Shown: in pieces, positions 33,266 to 35,352 of the stretch
How the letters are laid out: the number at the start of each line of letters is the position of its first letter
How positions within the stretch are numbered: position 1 is the stretch's first letter
DNA from: a virus
Length of the DNA: 35,352 nucleotides
Virus record (IMG/VR): IMGVR_UViG_3300045988_127559
Reading direction: 5' to 3' (one strand)
Position numbers and translations under genes: made by a program
The notes under the pieces: model-generated
The model's database searches: none
Told to the model about the DNA's origin: nothing
The model's input: only the letters and a program-made list of their open reading frames with translations

Positions 33266-33424
33266 ATGAAAGATAAAACACTTATTAAGATTTTGACTGT
33301 TATGTTAGCTATGTCGATTGCATTAGCTATTTATCAAAGTTGCTTAATCGTAAATCTAACAAGCAATCTAAAACTTGTAACTAAGGATCGTGACAAGGTA
33401 GTAGAAATGTATAACAATCGTTAA
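33266..33424 (+). CDS. 52-aa single-pass membrane protein
   Basis: MKDKTLIKILTVMLAMSIALAIYQSCLIV... ATG 33266 follows GAGAGG. Confidence 0.45.
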   Translation: MKDKTLIKILTVMLAMSIALAIYQSCLIVNLTSNLKLVTKDRDKVVEMYNNR

Positions 33425-33450
33425 ATTTTACAACAAGAGGAGAGAAAGAA

Positions 33451-34050
33451 ATGAAATATAAGTTAACAGATGTAAAAATAAATTTTATGGGTAAAACACT
33501 ATTCCAAATTGAAGCTGTGAAATGTTTTGGAGATATCGTTAAAGGACAAAAAGGGGGATTTATCGAAAAGGAAAGTAATTTATCACAAGGCGGTAATGCT
33601 TGGGTGTACGGTGATGCCAAGGTGAGCGGTAATGCCGAGGTGTACGGTGATGCCGAGGTGTACGGTGATGCTTGGGTGAGCGGTAATGCTTGGGTGAGAG
33701 GTAATGCCAAGGTGAGCGGTAATGCCAAGGTGTACGGTAATGCTTGGGTGAGCGGTAATGCTTGGGTGTACGGTGATGCCAAGGTGAGCGGTAATGCTTG
33801 GGTGTACGGTGATGCCGAGGTGAAAGGTAATGCTGATTATTTAGTTATTGGACCGATCGGGTCTCGGAATGATATAACAACCTTTTTTAAAACGGCTAAT
33901 AACGATATTAAAGTTTCTTGTGGTTGCTTTACTGGCACTATTGAGGAATTTCTAGAAAAAGTTAACGAAACACATGGAAATAACAATTACGCAAAAGAAT
34001 ATAAAACAGCTGTAGAAATAGCAAAAATACATATTTTTGGTGGTGAGTAA
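33451..34050 (+). CDS. Hexapeptide-repeat (beta-helix-like solenoid) protein of unknown function
   Basis: 14 consecutive G[ND]A[WKE]V[YS] units (GNAWVYGDAKVSGNAEVYGDAEVY...) are flanked by N-terminal KGQKGGFIEKESNLSQ and C-terminal IGPIGSRNDITTFFKT....VSCGCFTGTIEEF domains. SD AGAGGAGAG. Confidence 0.75.
   Translation: MKYKLTDVKINFMGKTLFQIEAVKCFGDIVKGQKGGFIEKESNLSQGGNAWVYGDAKVSGNAEVYGDAEVYGDAWVSGNAWVRGNAKVSGNAKVYGNAWVSGNAWVYGDAKVSGNAWVYGDAEVKGNADYLVIGPIGSRNDITTFFKTANNDIKVSCGCFTGTIEEFLEKVNETHGNNNYAKEYKTAVEIAKIHIFGGE
33592..33843. repeat. 14 tandem copies of an 18-bp unit (ggt[a/g]atgc[ttgg/caag/cgag]gtg[tac/agc])
   Basis: Read directly from the sequence. Units differ almost only at three sites, and the array is in frame within the CDS. 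Confidence 0.95.
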
Positions 34051-34052
34051 AA

Positions 34053-34394
34053 ATGAAGCTAGAACAAGCGAGCGATATAGCAAGATTACAAGATGCAAAT
34101 ATATATGCTTTAAAAAATACTGCTAGTCAAAGTGATATGAAAAGGTTTATGGAACTTAGAAACGCTAATGAGAAATTAGCTGAACTACAAGCAATGTATT
34201 ACGATTTAGAACAGTATAAAGAAACCGTAGACGATGTAATAACTTGCATGACAAGTATTTCTAAAGATTTATTAAATATCGGCTATGGAAACAACAAAGC
34301 AACAAATTTGAAAGAAGTATTTAACTCTCTGTTGGATGATATCCAAGAGGGCATAGAAGATTATCAAAACATCATTAAAGAACTGGAGGGGTAA
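34053..34394 (+). CDS. Hypothetical coiled-coil protein
   Basis: 113-aa ORF, SD GGTGGTGAG, upstream of the annealase. Confidence 0.6.
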   Translation: MKLEQASDIARLQDANIYALKNTASQSDMKRFMELRNANEKLAELQAMYYDLEQYKETVDDVITCMTSISKDLLNIGYGNNKATNLKEVFNSLLDDIQEGIEDYQNIIKELEG

Positions 34395-34396
34395 AA

Positions 34397-35188
34397 ATGG
34401 AATTTAGAGAATTAAAAGCTGATGAAATTGATGTGCGAGTTCAAAGAGTGGGACAAAATAATAATGGCTATTATGCAATATTCTTGTTATATAAAGATGC
34501 TCGATGCGATATGACTATCCTTGATGAAACGGTTGGTTGTTTAAAATGGAAAAGAGAGCATGAAGTCGTTAACAACAATTTATTTTGTACTGTGTCTATT
34601 TTTGATGATGCCAGCGGTCAATGGGTCAGTAAGCAAGATGTTGGGGTAGAAAGTAACACCGAAAAAGAAAAGGGGCAAGCAAGTGATGCATTTAAGAGAG
34701 CTTGTGTTAACTGGGGAATTGGTAGAGAGTTGTACACTGCACCGTTTATTTTCGTTAACCTTAGAAACGATGAAGTTAAAGAAGCATCGCAAGGTAGAAA
34801 ACCATCAACTTATTTAAAGCTTTCAGTTTCAAAAATCGAGTATGAAAATAAAAAAATTGTTGAGTTGGAATTAATTGATGAAAATGGAAATGTTAGGTTT
34901 TTAATGAGTAAAAAGACAATCCAAGAAACTAAATCGCAAGAAATAAAGCCACAATTAGATATAACAAATGTAATGAAGATCAATGCTAGTCTAGTATGCG
35001 AAATGGATACATTAGGAATCGATTTTAGAGGGAAGCTAAGTAATTTGGTATTTAAATATTCGGGTTTGCGAACTCAAGACACAACCGAGTTAGCTTTAGA
35101 AGATATAGACAAGTTAAATAGTACATATGCAAGTTTAATAAAAAAATTTAAGGAACAACAAGGAGCTAATCAAAATGGAATTAACTAG
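34397..35188 (+). CDS. Rad52-family single-strand annealing protein (Sak-like)
   Basis: Motif EKEKGQASDAFKRACVNWGIGRELYTAP is the Rad52/Sak K..A.sDAfKRA...fGIGr.LY signature. Lies upstream of the Gp157-like gene and SSB. Confidence 0.8.
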   Translation: MEFRELKADEIDVRVQRVGQNNNGYYAIFLLYKDARCDMTILDETVGCLKWKREHEVVNNNLFCTVSIFDDASGQWVSKQDVGVESNTEKEKGQASDAFKRACVNWGIGRELYTAPFIFVNLRNDEVKEASQGRKPSTYLKLSVSKIEYENKKIVELELIDENGNVRFLMSKKTIQETKSQEIKPQLDITNVMKINASLVCEMDTLGIDFRGKLSNLVFKYSGLRTQDTTELALEDIDKLNSTYASLIKKFKEQQGANQNGIN

Positions 35189-35352
35189 AGAGCAATTAGA
35201 ATTACAAATACATACTGTTAACTCGTTGATTATCAATAGCGATAATCAACTTGAATTAGCAAATGAGTTAGCTAAATACTCAAACACACAAATCAAGGAA
35301 ATCAAAGCAAAATATAAACCACAAAAACAAGATTTAGATAAACAAAAAAAAG
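35175..35352 (+). CDS. Sipho_Gp157-like protein, 5' portion (continues at nt 120 after removal of the duplicated 119 bp)
   Basis: ATG 35175 follows AAGGAG and overlaps the annealase stop. The frame matches the 2..496 reading frame across the junction. Confidence 0.5.
   Translation, partial: MELTREQLELQIHTVNSLIINSDNQLELANELAKYSNTQIKEIKAKYKPQKQDLDKQKK
35234..35352. repeat. Terminal direct repeat, copy 2 (circular assembly overlap)
   Basis: Exact copy of nt 1-119. The reading frame of the gene starting at 35175 continues seamlessly into nt 120 onward. Confidence 0.95.

Larger units (their letters stand above)
1..35352. mobile_element. Complete temperate siphovirus (prophage-type) genome, circularly closed contig
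   Basis: All modules are present in canonical order: lysogeny, replication/recombination, late regulator, terminase, portal, head, tail, lysis. Identical 119-bp ends show the contig closes on itself. Confidence 0.9.

Noticed and set aside
33381-33782. 133-aa minus-strand ORF with striking ALPLTQALPYT repeats
   Set aside because: It is the antisense reading of the 18-bp tandem array. The + strand ORF has an SD, non-repetitive flanking domains and operon context, whereas the minus ORF has none of these.
33592-33843. Regular short repeats that could be mistaken for a CRISPR array
   Set aside because: The units are contiguous with no spacers, are only 18 bp long, and are in frame inside a CDS.

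Overview
The window is a complete, circularly closed genome of a temperate low-GC (Bacillota-type) siphovirus. The unique length is 35,233 bp, because the last 119 bp repeat the first 119 bp exactly. About 60 tightly packed genes are present, nearly all on the + strand. From nt 1 the order is: recombination module (Gp157-like gene crossing the junction, SSB, NinB-like, RusA); HNH-like protein, MT-A70 methylase and a decayed second methylase; about 12 small early genes; a late regulator; terS/terL; portal; A118-like head and head-tail genes; major tail protein, chaperones and tape measure; Dit/Tal/1055-aa receptor-binding protein; holin and CHAP-SH3 endolysin. A 3.5-kb minus-strand block follows: a two-gene accessory operon, attP region, tyrosine integrase, a membrane-anchored Sie-like gene and a cI-like S24 repressor. 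After it come the cro-like switch, the replication organizer, a hexapeptide-repeat protein and a Rad52/Sak-like annealase. No tRNA, rRNA, CRISPR array or transposon was seen. The best candidates for something new are: (1) a promoter-to-terminator operon at the lysis/att junction encoding a very basic 88-aa protein plus an XRE-HTH protein with a very acidic tail; (2) a predicted antisense sRNA, together with a terminator hairpin that ends just upstream of the int start codon; (3) a zinc-ribbon plus Dps-like miniferritin insertion inside the head module; (4) a protein built on 14 near-identical 18-bp repeats. All functional calls come from motif recognition by eye; no searches were run.
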